IMG/VR virus record: IMGVR_UViG_3300033997_000092
Span: 197,033-261,032 of that record
Length of the DNA: 64,000 bases
Strand: one strand, 5' to 3'
The notes below the pieces were generated by a model. It was not told the DNA's origin, made no database searches, and worked only from the letters and a program-made list of their open reading frames with translations. Below are positions 18,828 through 30,300 of the stretch, in pieces. Position 1 is the first letter of the stretch. Each line of letters starts with the position of its first letter. A program made the position numbers and the translations under genes.

Positions 18828-21800
18828 TTATAATTGAAGATTTCCCGCAACGTCTGACAATACTAAAGTAAGTTCGTTACTCTTTAATATATTGCCTGCG
18901 CTGTCTTTTATTAAACAGTATACCCTCCACTCACTGCGTTTTTCAGGAGGTGTGTTTGATGATAAGTGTCCATCTATAACTTCCACTCTAAATAAGTCAT
19001 TATCTGGAGAGAAGTCATTAGGCACGGCTACATCAATTTTAGCAACATAATTGCTATTAGGGTTGTTTATGTTGTTGAAAGTTTCGACAGCTTCCCATTT
19101 GTAAGAATATGTCTTTGCAGGATCGTATGGATACGAAGCAGCAATTCCATGTCTGTTACGTGCGGCAGGATTACTGACAAACCCACCGTTAGCTTCCATA
19201 TATGCTATTTTTCCTGGCTGCGCTATTTCTGTATGGTTTTGATCAGCTAATTGAGAGAATCCTATACCAAATATAACTGCACATCCAAAAGCTTGGTATT
19301 GTGTTGTTGAGTATGATTCTGCGGCATAGTTAGTACGTGTGAAGTTTAAGTCACTCACTGTGCCTCCACCGACATTCGGCTTCAGTATAGTAACAGTACC
19401 TTCGTTATCCAGAATTGTTGCATTCACAGGATTACTTATACGCAAGTAGAACTGTCTGCCATTATTGTCGTGCGCTGGAGTTAATGTTTCCACAGGAACA
19501 TTAACACTTGCTTGTCCCGCTAACAATGTAGCTGTCCCACTGCGACTATTGTAATCCGGATTTTGCACTGTGCTTTCTGGAGTAACCATTAACTGCGCTT
19601 GGTTGTAGCTTGCATCTATTACACCATCTGTAGGAACGCCTTGAACAAGCGGACTTCCAGGAAGGTGAGCTAAATGGTCAACTACATAATATTGAGGAGT
19701 AGCGCGCCATTGACGCTGTGTAGCATCGAATGAAATACGCTCATCCGACAAGTTGTTGAATGTTGCCTGTAGTGCTGCATTGGCCCAGTAGTTACGGTGC
19801 ATGTCCGTCGGGAACACACGCATTGGGAAGTGCAGTACAGCTCCATTACGCAGCAGTGTTCCAAGTGCTTGGCCTATACGCGCAGTATTACCTGACATAT
19901 AGACAGCAGCAACTGAGAATCCTGACATCTGGAACCACAATTTAGAATCGGCTACAGTAATAATGTCAGCATCCGTTGTAGACAGTGTGTTTTCCCACGT
20001 GTTGCTATTGTTTGGGATAGTACGCATTGGAACCTGCACAACAGTCATGTTGTAGATGTTACGCATTGCCTGAATAAAGTTAGAGCATTTAAGTGCCCAC
20101 TCTGTTTCAGGTTCACCTTCACCTAGTATCAGCCATTTCTTGTTAGTCAAATCTGGAATTTTCATCTTCCATGCGTTAACTGTCATCTTGGCTTCTGGTG
20201 TAAGCGTAGCAAACGATGATACTGCCTGAATAGTGTTTATTTGCGAACATTCGGTCGCACGATATTCACTGTTCATCAGGCGTTCCCACGAAGCATCTAC
20301 TACAAGAGAGCCTGCTGTTCCGGGGAAGTTTTGTACGCCGAAAGTAGCTAAGTTCGGCACTGCGTCACCGTATGGACGGTTCTCATTGCCTGTACTGAAC
20401 ACTGCCAGAGTACCACTTAATCCACTACTACCGCCAACACTTTTAGCTGTCCCATCTACAGTAACAAAATCAAACGTCACATCAGTTGGAGCAGGAATAT
20501 TGCTGCTGACAGTTACTTGGGCAACGGCACCTTTAGTCACATTGGCATCACTGACCACCAACTGCACTTCGTCATCACATACAGGTATAACTTTATCATC
20601 TACTTCAATGTCCAATACAGGAACAGGACAACCAACAAAGTATTCCCAGCTTGAGCCTAATGGTGCATCGATTCTCACTGTGATACGTTTACGTCTGCCA
20701 TTATCTAAAGCACTGTTTGTAAGGAATTGCACGAACGTAGTGCGCTTGCCTGTTTTGGCTTCGATAAGATTCATGTCCATGTCGAATACAGACACGACAT
20801 ATTGGAACTCGCCTTTACCAACTACTTTGATACTGACTACGCCAGGATCGACACCATTATCCATATCATAGTTGTCTTCTGTGCTGCTGTGGCCCATAGA
20901 CTGCAATCCAGCTACAGGTTCCTCACACGGCCACGGATTATCACGGTAGCCTGGAGTGTTTGTACAGAACAGAGTATAATACCAGCTTTTCATATCGTCA
21001 TCGAGCAGACGCTCTGCCGATGTTACACGTACCATGATGTCATGTACTTCTGTAGGGAACTCGTAAGGTTTCCACCACCACTTCAACGAACCTAATTCTT
21101 GAGCTGGGTCCATTGTACTTGCTACACGATTCTGGTTGTGATACACTTCAAACTTATCTGCATTTAACCAGCTAGTGTAATCAAGAACTAACTGCCAGTT
21201 CACGTTAGGGTCTGATACTGGGCCGATGTAATGATGGAATTCATAGTACCACTTACCGTCTTCCAAACGTGCTTCAAGAGGAAACACAGTTGCGTGACAC
21301 GGAGCAGGGTAAATAGGAGTACCGACATATTCTTCTGTGAATACACCCAAGAATTGATTCAAGTCAGTGTTATCCAAATTCACAACAGCTAAGTTGGGTT
21401 TTGGTCCCACAAATTGATACGCCCAGCGAGTACCGTCGCTACCACGCACACGAATCATAACACGTTGTTCACCTTCACCTACAGCTTGGTCAAGATAGAA
21501 TTCGATTTTGCTACGATCTTTAACACGGCCACAAGTTGTTGCTATGCGAGTTCCCATGTAATAAACGTCAACACTGATACCTTCACTGTCGTAGCTGGCA
21601 AACAACACTTCAAAGTAACCTGGACGATCACCTGTGTTGAATATAGTTTCAGTTATCTGACTTCCGCCACTGAACACACTGCTTCCCAAGTAGTTCGGGT
21701 TAGCATAAGTACCACGACCGTATGACGGCGTAACACCTGAATCATCGTAGCTTTCAATAGCATAGTTTAATGCTGGACGTTTAAGCACGTAGCCTTTAGG

Positions 21801-22199
21801 TGCACCAGCATCCGGCAACTTTTCAAATCCCGGTTCACCTGCATCAGGCAAATCATATCCTGGAGGATAGCCTGTTATCAGATTGAACAAGTTACCATCA
21901 GAGCCTATTCCATTTCCAGAACCAGCTTCGTCTGCTGTTAGTCCTGGAGGACAATTCACTGAACCTACTACGCGGAATTCACACTCAACATCAAAGCGAG
22001 GATCGAATGTGCAGTCGTTATGTATAAACTCACTATTGGCACCATCACGCATACGGATAGCTTTTGGGTCAATAAGCAGCCAGCTCCTGTTGTCGCGTGA
22101 CCTGATACGCAACGTAGCTTTGCATGGATCTAGCCATTTATTGTTGTAGGAGTTTCTTATTAAGAGGCGTCCCAGCGCTGGGATTTCGTTATCAGCCAT
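18828..22199 (-). CDS. Large multidomain virion protein (3 repeated beta-sandwich units, split Calx-beta)
   Basis: Repeats ending IMVRV...W.Y...C/GP; TVDGTA / DYNSRSGTATL...ISNPVNATILDNEGTVTI. Confidence 0.75.
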   Translation of the reverse strand: MADNEIPALGRLLIRNSYNNKWLDPCKATLRIRSRDNRSWLLIDPKAIRMRDGANSEFIHNDCTFDPRFDVECEFRVVGSVNCPPGLTADEAGSGNGIGSDGNLFNLITGYPPGYDLPDAGEPGFEKLPDAGAPKGYVLKRPALNYAIESYDDSGVTPSYGRGTYANPNYLGSSVFSGGSQITETIFNTGDRPGYFEVLFASYDSEGISVDVYYMGTRIATTCGRVKDRSKIEFYLDQAVGEGEQRVMIRVRGSDGTRWAYQFVGPKPNLAVVNLDNTDLNQFLGVFTEEYVGTPIYPAPCHATVFPLEARLEDGKWYYEFHHYIGPVSDPNVNWQLVLDYTSWLNADKFEVYHNQNRVASTMDPAQELGSLKWWWKPYEFPTEVHDIMVRVTSAERLLDDDMKSWYYTLFCTNTPGYRDNPWPCEEPVAGLQSMGHSSTEDNYDMDNGVDPGVVSIKVVGKGEFQYVVSVFDMDMNLIEAKTGKRTTFVQFLTNSALDNGRRKRITVRIDAPLGSSWEYFVGCPVPVLDIEVDDKVIPVCDDEVQLVVSDANVTKGAVAQVTVSSNIPAPTDVTFDFVTVDGTAKSVGGSSGLSGTLAVFSTGNENRPYGDAVPNLATFGVQNFPGTAGSLVVDASWERLMNSEYRATECSQINTIQAVSSFATLTPEAKMTVNAWKMKIPDLTNKKWLILGEGEPETEWALKCSNFIQAMRNIYNMTVVQVPMRTIPNNSNTWENTLSTTDADIITVADSKLWFQMSGFSVAAVYMSGNTARIGQALGTLLRNGAVLHFPMRVFPTDMHRNYWANAALQATFNNLSDERISFDATQRQWRATPQYYVVDHLAHLPGSPLVQGVPTDGVIDASYNQAQLMVTPESTVQNPDYNSRSGTATLLAGQASVNVPVETLTPAHDNNGRQFYLRISNPVNATILDNEGTVTILKPNVGGGTVSDLNFTRTNYAAESYSTTQYQAFGCAVIFGIGFSQLADQNHTEIAQPGKIAYMEANGGFVSNPAARNRHGIAASYPYDPAKTYSYKWEAVETFNNINNPNSNYVAKIDVAVPNDFSPDNDLFRVEVIDGHLSSNTPPEKRSEWRVYCLIKDSAGNILKSNELTLVLSDVAGNLQL

Positions 22200-22255
22200 T
22201 TTACTTCTCCGAGCCAGAAACGACTTGAGCCAGAATAAACTGGCCCAAATCAGTA

Positions 22256-22750
22256 TTATTTAGTTGCTATCCATAAAGCGCCTGCACCTACTGCACCAGG
22301 ATCTTCAGCTTGAATGTAGATCTGCACACGTCCATCTTGTCCTCTGATGCCTTGAGGACCTGTAGATCCTGTAGGACCAATAGGACCTTCAATGCCTCTA
22401 GGTCCACGTACTCCAGGCTTACCTTGAGGGCCTTGGGGTCCACGACATCCACGAGGACCTTGAATACCTTCAGCTCCAAGTAAACCATCTACACCAGGAG
22501 AACCATCGAATCCAGGAAGACCTTGACGACCTGTTCCCATACTTGATAGCGTTGGATATCCGCGAATGTGCAGAGGCTCAAATCCTGGAATAGTTATTGT
22601 AGTTATTCCCATTACAGGATCGAATACACCAGTTACACTTTGCCCTGCTGTAGGATCAGGTAATACAGAAAGTGATTTGCCTTCAGCTACAACTTGACCT
22701 GCTACTGCGGTAGCTGGCTTAATCATATCCATAGATACTTTGGTAACCAT
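22256..22750 (-). CDS. Collagen-like protein
   Basis: G-X-Y run; C-terminal DPGAVGAGALWI. Confidence 0.8.
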   Translation of the reverse strand: MVTKVSMDMIKPATAVAGQVVAEGKSLSVLPDPTAGQSVTGVFDPVMGITTITIPGFEPLHIRGYPTLSSMGTGRQGLPGFDGSPGVDGLLGAEGIQGPRGCRGPQGPQGKPGVRGPRGIEGPIGPTGSTGPQGIRGQDGRVQIYIQAEDPGAVGAGALWIATK

Positions 22751-22760
22751 GAATCACTCC

Positions 22761-23408
22761 TTAATCGAAAAACTGTTCAATGTCATCATCAATCTGACCC
22801 ACAGTAGGATTAACCCAAATACCGCCAGGACCTATCGATGGTCCGGGATCGATTTCACTGATAACGAGATTGATACGTCCGACTGGGCCTTGAGGACCAA
22901 TGGGGCCTGCTGGACCAGGAGCGCCTGTTGGGCCTGTTGGGCCTTGAGCTCCAGTCGGACCTGTAGGACCTGTAGGTCCCATTTGACCCATAGGACCCGG
23001 ACACCCAGGAGCTCCCTGAGGACCTATGTCTCCAGGCAAACCGTCGCGTCCATCTAAGCCCTGAGGACCTGTTGGGCCCTGAGGACCAGGACATCCTGCT
23101 TCACCTTCTAAACCGTCGCGTCCATCTTTACCTGGAGCTCCGTCAGGACCCGGATCACCCTGAGGACCTTGAGGACCCTCAGGTATCTGACTTACTATGG
23201 GAAAGTTACCCAGCACTTGTGTACTGCCGTCATAGAACGAGAATATAACTTTGCCTGTAGTTTCGTCGTATCTAAGTCCTGTCACAGGGGACACTGTTGA
23301 AGCAGTTCCTTCTGTGGGAGCAAGTACGCCTCCAACAACGCTTAAAGATTTACCTTCAGCCGATGTAGGCGCACGAACCATGCTTGTGTCAATTCTTGTT
23401 AGTTTCAT
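22761..23408 (-). CDS. Collagen-like protein
   Basis: More than 30 G-X-Y triplets; C-terminal [13 protein letters not shown]. Confidence 0.85.
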   Translation of the reverse strand: MKLTRIDTSMVRAPTSAEGKSLSVVGGVLAPTEGTASTVSPVTGLRYDETTGKVIFSFYDGSTQVLGNFPIVSQIPEGPQGPQGDPGPDGAPGKDGRDGLEGEAGCPGPQGPTGPQGLDGRDGLPGDIGPQGAPGCPGPMGQMGPTGPTGPTGAQGPTGPTGAPGPAGPIGPQGPVGRINLVISEIDPGPSIGPGGIWVNPTVGQIDDDIEQFFD

Positions 23409-23411
23409 TAC

Positions 23412-24917
23412 CTATACCTTATGAATAGGACCCGCGTTATCTAAGTTGTGAATTAAATAACCACTCACAAAGAATACGTCGGTCGTTTCCACATTGAGGC
23501 TGACTACAGGCTTCTGGTCTTCAATAACTTCCACTTTAATTACATCGTGGAACTGACCAGATTCGTGATAAATTTTGTCACCAACAACTACACGATACAT
23601 ACGTTCAAAATAACAAACGCCATTACGTTGAATTAATATGTTTTCGTCTGATGTTAATGTGACAGTGCCATTCAGTCTGATAAACCTTCCGAATGAGCTA
23701 TGCGTGGCTGTCATTACAACAGCGGCTTCATACTCTGCTTTAAAATTAGTTGTTGTCCACGATAAGAACTGATCGTTATCTGAACTATCAGGAAGTCCTG
23801 CAATACGCACTGAGTCAACCGCGTCTGCTTCGTAAAGCGATTCGACTAATACTTTGCGCCTGCCCGCAGAAATCATTTGACCGTACGGTATACAGCCGCC
23901 ACCGCCACCTCCAGGAGGGTTAGTTGGAGGGGTAGCTGCATTAGTTGCAGAAAACTTAAACGTACCTGTCAATGTCAGTGTTTTGTTGTTGTCACCTGTG
24001 TCTTTGATTGTCAGTATTACCTGACCTTCGCGGACTTCAGTTGTTCCTGGAGCAACATACACACGACAACGCAAGTTCATGTTTGTGGAACTATCGCCTG
24101 TTTGATATATGTAGACATTTGGCGCCATCGTAAGAAAATCACCTGTCCACTTATACTCAAAAGGACCTTTACCGCCACTAAAATTGTCGAGTGTGTACGC
24201 AGCAATGCCTTCGTAGAAATCACCACCGACATGGGACAGCGTTAATGCGCGACTAGGAATGCTGCCACGCATTTGCTCTATAATCTCTGGATTAGTAGGA
24301 AGACCTGTATCAACAGTAACAAGTTGCCCCCAGATATAGACAAGTGGATCAGTAGGTTCAGAATCGCTGAATACTACAGATGTTATAGGCGTAGGACCTG
24401 TAGGACCTGTAGGACCAATCAAGCAGCTATTACCTATCGCTCCTCGTGCACCGTCAGGTCCTGTCGGTCCTATTATACCCATCGGGCCTGTAGGACCTTC
24501 ATCGCCTCCACAGCCTAGCGGGCCTACTGGTCCACGGGGGCCATCTTCAGCATCTAATCCTGGCTCACCCTGAATACCCATCACACCAGGAATACCAGCA
24601 CAGCCTACTTTGCCCTTACGGCCATCAAAGCCTTTGTAGCCATCACGGCCTTTACGTCCAGGAAGACCTTTCTTGCCAACTTTACCTGTACCCAGATTGG
24701 ACTGTGTTAAGAATCCTGTAGCTTCAAAAGTACCGTCGGGCGTAATGAATGTTAGAGCACCACGTACACTGTCCCAAGCAAACTCATAAGAACTTGACTT
24801 CGCTACAGGAGGTGCTTCGTAATCTATTAGCGCAGAAGAACCTGGTACGATAGCCTTTTGACCATCGTACCCTTGTTCAGCAGCTACGTTTTGTAAGTTA
24901 ACGTAAGTGTCTGACAT
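23412..24917 (-). CDS. Collagen-like fibre protein with C-terminal Hint domain
   Basis: G-X-Y run, beta domain, GGGGGG linker, then CIPYGQMI...VVSLNVETTDVFFVSGYLIHN. Confidence 0.8.
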   Translation of the reverse strand: MSDTYVNLQNVAAEQGYDGQKAIVPGSSALIDYEAPPVAKSSSYEFAWDSVRGALTFITPDGTFEATGFLTQSNLGTGKVGKKGLPGRKGRDGYKGFDGRKGKVGCAGIPGVMGIQGEPGLDAEDGPRGPVGPLGCGGDEGPTGPMGIIGPTGPDGARGAIGNSCLIGPTGPTGPTPITSVVFSDSEPTDPLVYIWGQLVTVDTGLPTNPEIIEQMRGSIPSRALTLSHVGGDFYEGIAAYTLDNFSGGKGPFEYKWTGDFLTMAPNVYIYQTGDSSTNMNLRCRVYVAPGTTEVREGQVILTIKDTGDNNKTLTLTGTFKFSATNAATPPTNPPGGGGGGCIPYGQMISAGRRKVLVESLYEADAVDSVRIAGLPDSSDNDQFLSWTTTNFKAEYEAAVVMTATHSSFGRFIRLNGTVTLTSDENILIQRNGVCYFERMYRVVVGDKIYHESGQFHDVIKVEVIEDQKPVVSLNVETTDVFFVSGYLIHNLDNAGPIHKV

Positions 24918-24932
24918 ATATTTGCCTTTAGT

Positions 24933-27302
24933 TTACGGCAAAGGAACTACAATGCCTGTCAACTCTGCTACAAGTGCTATTGTGAACTGGCCAGCAACAA
25001 CATTCGTTACTTTAGCTTTAGCTACAATATCAACTACGCCATCTGGGTAGTTTTCTTTAAGCAGAATAAGACTTGACCCTTTAGAACCGTTACCATATCC
25101 GTAAGAGTTTTCACCGCCACGCTGAGTAGCAATACCTGTCTCGCCTGTACCTGGAATACTACGACCGTAGTCAACTGTCGCTTCACTAGGACGCTTAACA
25201 GCCAGAATGAATTGCAATTCTTCATTGCCTGATGTCACAGTGTAACCTGGACCTAAACGGGCACTAAAGTCTGCATGGACGTTAATCATTATGTCTGTTT
25301 TGAATTCCACACGCTGCGTAATGACAACTTCGTTTGTGTCTTCGGCGCGTTGGCGTGAACTGATGCGTTGGTAGTTACCTTTATCAAGTCTGACCTTATC
25401 AGTCGAACTGATTTTGAAGTTAGGGAACGTACCTTCTATTAGCATGCCTGGACCTGGAACCAAGTCAATCGGCACAGCAGGCAGGAATATTGGGTCAGCA
25501 TTCTGACGTATTACCTTGTACCCTGTTGGTGTAGGAATAATATCAGTTACCATTCCACGCAATCCAGTGTCGCTGCTTCCTTCTGCTCTTACGTTATGGA
25601 AAATCATTACTTCAAGTGGTCGTCCCGTAGCAAAATCTGTTCTTGCTACAAGCTTGTTGCCTACAATAGAATACTCTGACTTCATAACGTGTGCACCTGA
25701 CTCACTCAAAAACACTAGGTCTTTTGACTGTGGTGCGATTGGCAGTGAAAGCACGTTACGCTTGGTAGTCGGATTGAACGTAGCCGTGATTACCTGTGTA
25801 CTATAGCCTGGAATTGGACGCTGTATGAAAGCGTTGATTTCAATCTTCAAGCCTACACCAGGAGCTTCGCTGAATATTACTTTCCTGCGTACAACATCTA
25901 CGGTATATGACGAATGCACTGTCATTATCCTGTCGATGAAGCACCAAGAATAGAATACGTTTTCAATATCAGCAGGCAAGTCGAATTCACGACGGGAACC
26001 ATCACCAATATCTTCAAAGCTAACGCATTCCGTGTACATGCCCGAGTGAGGCTCTAACTGGAATAAACGCGCATCGATTTCTAACCCAGAAGGAACATTC
26101 TCTGCAAATTCCAGCATGTTGTCTTCGATGTTAGCGGACTGGCGGAACTGACGCACACCAGAAATACTGATATACCAGTAATGGCTATTCTTGCGATAGC
26201 TGTACAGGCGCATCTGAGTTTCATCTACACCTGCTGTCAGTGGATCTTCGCTGTACAGAAGGAATTTGTTTGTTTCTTCCATAACAACTTGCGTTATCGC
26301 ACTGAACTTCAACTTACCTGGAGGATGATACAGGTTTCCTCTTGTGCGGGAAGCTGCTGCTCCACTCGGTACCCAACGTGGAACACCATCAAGCGGACCA
26401 GCTACAAGTACCCAGTCTTCATCTGTTCCTGCACGGCTAGGCAATCCTGAACCTGAGCCTTGCACTGTGTTTTGTTTCCAGATACTTACAGTGCTTGTTA
26501 CATCAAGTTCCAAGAACGCCAAATCACGGGTCATTACTTCTTCGGCTGCTGTTATAACACAACGTCGTGTAGTACCTTCTCCAGGACCTGAAACAATTTG
26601 AACTACAACAATGTCATCTTCTACAAGACCATAATCAGTTATCAATGAATCGACTTTGAATATCGACGGGTCTGTTACTTCTGTTGGGTTACCCATAAAC
26701 AACTTGGTAAATCCCAGGAAGCTCCAATGCTTACCTGCCAATCCACCGCGCACAGCAAGTCCTGCTGTTTCACTGTTTTGTTCATCTGGATTGACGACAA
26801 TATCAAGCACAGCCACAGCATTGGTGATTGCTTCTGCTGGATTAGGTAAGGCATCGACGTTGCCTACACTCGGTACTGAACCGAATTCTGACAGTGTGAC
26901 ATCGATAACGTGTGCATTGCCTTGTGCTAAGTGCAACAAGAATTCTATTTGCGCCGCACGATTCTTCCGTTTAGTAACAGATTCACTGAAACGTACACGG
27001 CCTAACACAGTGCCGTCGTTCAGTCCAATAGTTGCTTCCGACAGTTCTATTGATGAATTGCCTCCTACTTCACGAGGTACAACTACAGTGAACCGAACTG
27101 TATTGCGGTTTAAAACTTCAATGTAGTGAATGCGTCCGCTGTGGTGTTCTGTACCTAGTAACGCATCTGGTGTCTGAGCCGGTTCTGAGCCTTGGTAATC
27201 ACCAACAGCAAAGAAACGGGGGCGAATAACTGCGCCCCCTGCTTCGGCACTCAGCAACGCCTGTTCACCTTGTGGGGTAAGAATCAAACGATCTGGTGTC
27301 AT
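24933..27302 (-). CDS. Baseplate-attached tail fibre protein (P2 gpH/DUF3751-like N-terminus)
   Basis: LILTPQGEQALLSA...FAVGD N-terminus; internal GDG.R.EF.LP repeats; follows the wedge genes. Confidence 0.65.
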   Translation of the reverse strand: MTPDRLILTPQGEQALLSAEAGGAVIRPRFFAVGDYQGSEPAQTPDALLGTEHHSGRIHYIEVLNRNTVRFTVVVPREVGGNSSIELSEATIGLNDGTVLGRVRFSESVTKRKNRAAQIEFLLHLAQGNAHVIDVTLSEFGSVPSVGNVDALPNPAEAITNAVAVLDIVVNPDEQNSETAGLAVRGGLAGKHWSFLGFTKLFMGNPTEVTDPSIFKVDSLITDYGLVEDDIVVVQIVSGPGEGTTRRCVITAAEEVMTRDLAFLELDVTSTVSIWKQNTVQGSGSGLPSRAGTDEDWVLVAGPLDGVPRWVPSGAAASRTRGNLYHPPGKLKFSAITQVVMEETNKFLLYSEDPLTAGVDETQMRLYSYRKNSHYWYISISGVRQFRQSANIEDNMLEFAENVPSGLEIDARLFQLEPHSGMYTECVSFEDIGDGSRREFDLPADIENVFYSWCFIDRIMTVHSSYTVDVVRRKVIFSEAPGVGLKIEINAFIQRPIPGYSTQVITATFNPTTKRNVLSLPIAPQSKDLVFLSESGAHVMKSEYSIVGNKLVARTDFATGRPLEVMIFHNVRAEGSSDTGLRGMVTDIIPTPTGYKVIRQNADPIFLPAVPIDLVPGPGMLIEGTFPNFKISSTDKVRLDKGNYQRISSRQRAEDTNEVVITQRVEFKTDIMINVHADFSARLGPGYTVTSGNEELQFILAVKRPSEATVDYGRSIPGTGETGIATQRGGENSYGYGNGSKGSSLILLKENYPDGVVDIVAKAKVTNVVAGQFTIALVAELTGIVVPLP

Positions 27303-27337
27303 TGTATTAACTTCCTATTTCTAATCGTGTCTACAAA

Positions 27338-30300
27338 TTAGCGTTTGAACGCCACAGAGAATTCAGCCTGGCCGAATCCGCGCTTCACACTTTTGAAAAT
27401 GATCCAAGTCTCTGTCATTCCGTCCAAGTAAGTACGGACAACATCTACTCCTGGTTCCAAGTTACCCCAATCAACATCTGGGTTAATACTAGGAACCGCA
27501 GCCATTCTCAACGGCACTAACACTTTCGGGCAAGCAAAGTACAGATAGTCTGTGCTGTTTGGTAACACAGTAAATTTACCTGTGTCAACGCTTGTTAAAC
27601 GCTTGAACTTATTCTCTGACCAAATCAGGTTAAAGTAAGTTGTGTTGATTACATTAAATCCTGCTGTCCAATATATTGAGAAGCTGGATTGCAACAAGAT
27701 ACGGAACTTCTTCTCTTGCCTGAACCCACCTAATACATAAACACAACGAATATCAATGTAAGTGTCCTGCTCTACATAAGGCGTTGTTAAACGTCCTGTA
27801 TTTCTTTCGATTGACAATCCTGTCATCTTAGTATCGAGCATCCAGATACATGCGGAGGTCACATCTATAGGAGTCGGATTGTTACGCAACTTCAACATAG
27901 CAACCAAGTTTATAACTGAGTTGTCTTTGTAGCCAGGACTGTTAGCATCGACCAGCAGATCCTCTGGAACAAATCCTGCCAGCAAGTTGAACACAAAGTC
28001 CCGCGTTATTTCACGTTGTCCTTCACGACCAATTGCTTTCAGTGTCATAGTTGTGTCTGTGTCAAGTCTAGGTATTTTGAATGAAAACCTGTCATTGACT
28101 TCAAGGCCTTTAGGACCATTTACTATTTCCCATGACAATACATCCGCAGCAATGGCTGTAGATCCGTCACGGCGAAGTACACGGACATTCGGATAGAAAA
28201 CAGTATCATCCTGTGCAAAGTTAGGACCGATCAGTTCAATAATGTCCAGTGCCTTGGAGGCTGTTACTGTGATTACATAACGGGCTTCCACTGTTTCAGT
28301 GAACACTTCGGCTGATTCTTCTGTCTCACGGAATTCCTCAGTGTATGAAGCGACTAAGGTAACCTGCGAGTCATCTGATTGTGGTGCTATGTACAAACGA
28401 CCCGTTGCTTCATCAAGAGACACACCATTACCAGTCGGCTCGGCACGCCACAGCACAAGTCCAGGCGGAGGACCTGCAACAGGGTTATCTGTACGTTCCA
28501 AATCAACAGACAATTGGTAGTACAAGGTGCCATCCAAGCTATCAAATGCCCACTGATTGGGTTCATCAAGTATCAAGCTCTTGAAGTCATAGCTGATTAA
28601 ACCGCTAGGACCTGTTATCTTCATGTTCAGACCGCGCAGAATACTGTTGATCTTTTTCATGTAGATATTCAAGGTTTCTGTAAGTGTTGAAATACCGTCG
28701 TCATAGTTGGTGATTAATATCAGCCTAGCATCCACATTCATTTTGGGATATAGGTAACCATCACCATCAATATCTACTACGCTGGCAATAGGAAGAATCT
28801 CTTCCATGTCGATTTTGGAAAGCATATCAACAGATACGCGAGTTCCACTCCCATCACTAGACATAGGCAATATGTCTTCCTTGCCGTCAACTTCAACCAA
28901 GTAACGTATAAGTTCACGTTGCTGGTCAAAATCAACATCACGATAGAAATCAATTTCCCAGTCGCTTGACACAGGATATTCTTCACCTTCGTCATCGTAG
29001 TCCATGACCAACGCATAACTGTACATCATGCTTTCGTTAGCTTCTATTTCAACTGGACCTGATATGTAGTACGAATCAATGCGGTCGTGAGGTTGTAATG
29101 GTGCATTCACGACAGTCAGAGGCTGCGTTACTTCTTGGGCATAGAATTTGCCTACCAACTGGATAGTTTCGTCTTCGTCAATGTAACGAGTCTGAATCAG
29201 TGTTCTGTTGAGTAATACACCGTCATACTGCGCCATGAGTATGCCTAACTTGCTTGGCCAAGTTTGTCCTGTTACAGGACGGTTGCTTGGGTTAGCAAAT
29301 ATCGGTTCACCTTGTATCAGCTTTCTTACTTGGTCAACAGACAAGTTTTCATTGTCGATTGCCATCTGTTCGATTGTAGTGCGGTCAATACCAATCAATG
29401 CTTCCACAATACGATCAAGTGGGAACTGGCCGTTGTTGATATTGATAGGGAGATTATCAGTTTCACCCATCTGGTCGTAACCCATCCAAGTAGCATTTAC
29501 TTCTTGGGTTTCGCCGTTGTCGTAGTACCCTATCGTTGGGAAGAAGTAACGGTTGCCTTCTGCAAGCTGTAGTGGTATAGTAGATTCGATACGTTCCACT
29601 TTTGGTATGCGTGGTATTGCAACAACAGGAACAACATACTGCTGCACGTTTCCATTCGTATACACTGCTTTGATATGTATTGCACCCTGCACCTTGTCTG
29701 GGCCTTCCGTGTACTTCAGCATAACCATCGGATGAGTCAGACCAGTCTCCGCATCGATGAATTGGAAATCAGGATTGTTCTCGATTTCTATCTGGCTAAA
29801 GGACTGGAATTGCAGCGCATTACCTACATTCGTAGCTGTTGCCAATATTTGAGTAAGAGCGTCATCACCGTACACTATTACCTGTGTAGGCAGCACTTCA
29901 GTTCTGCTGTCAGTTGACCAACGCGCAGTAAAGCGCATTTGAACACTCTGGCCTTCGTTGATTGTGTTTGCTACGTCTGTGAGAATACCAATCAAATCTC
30001 TGGAATTCTTTTGGATAGTGACAAACTTTTGTGCTGTTATTGTCTGGTAATCGGTGTACCGTTGTGTGCTTACACGGACAAGACCGACACTGTTGTCTGT
30101 AACAAGAGGCATCTGCGCCACACCAGTAGAATCGATATTCACGTTCAGCACATCTTGGTTATCGACATTTCCTCCTGTACTGTACCAATCGGCCTGATTG
30201 ATAATACTACGCTGACCGTTGCTCCAGTTAGCGATAGCTATGAATCGGGCAACACGACCTTCTACAACAGCATCAGGTCCTTCGATGTTAATGCTCAACA

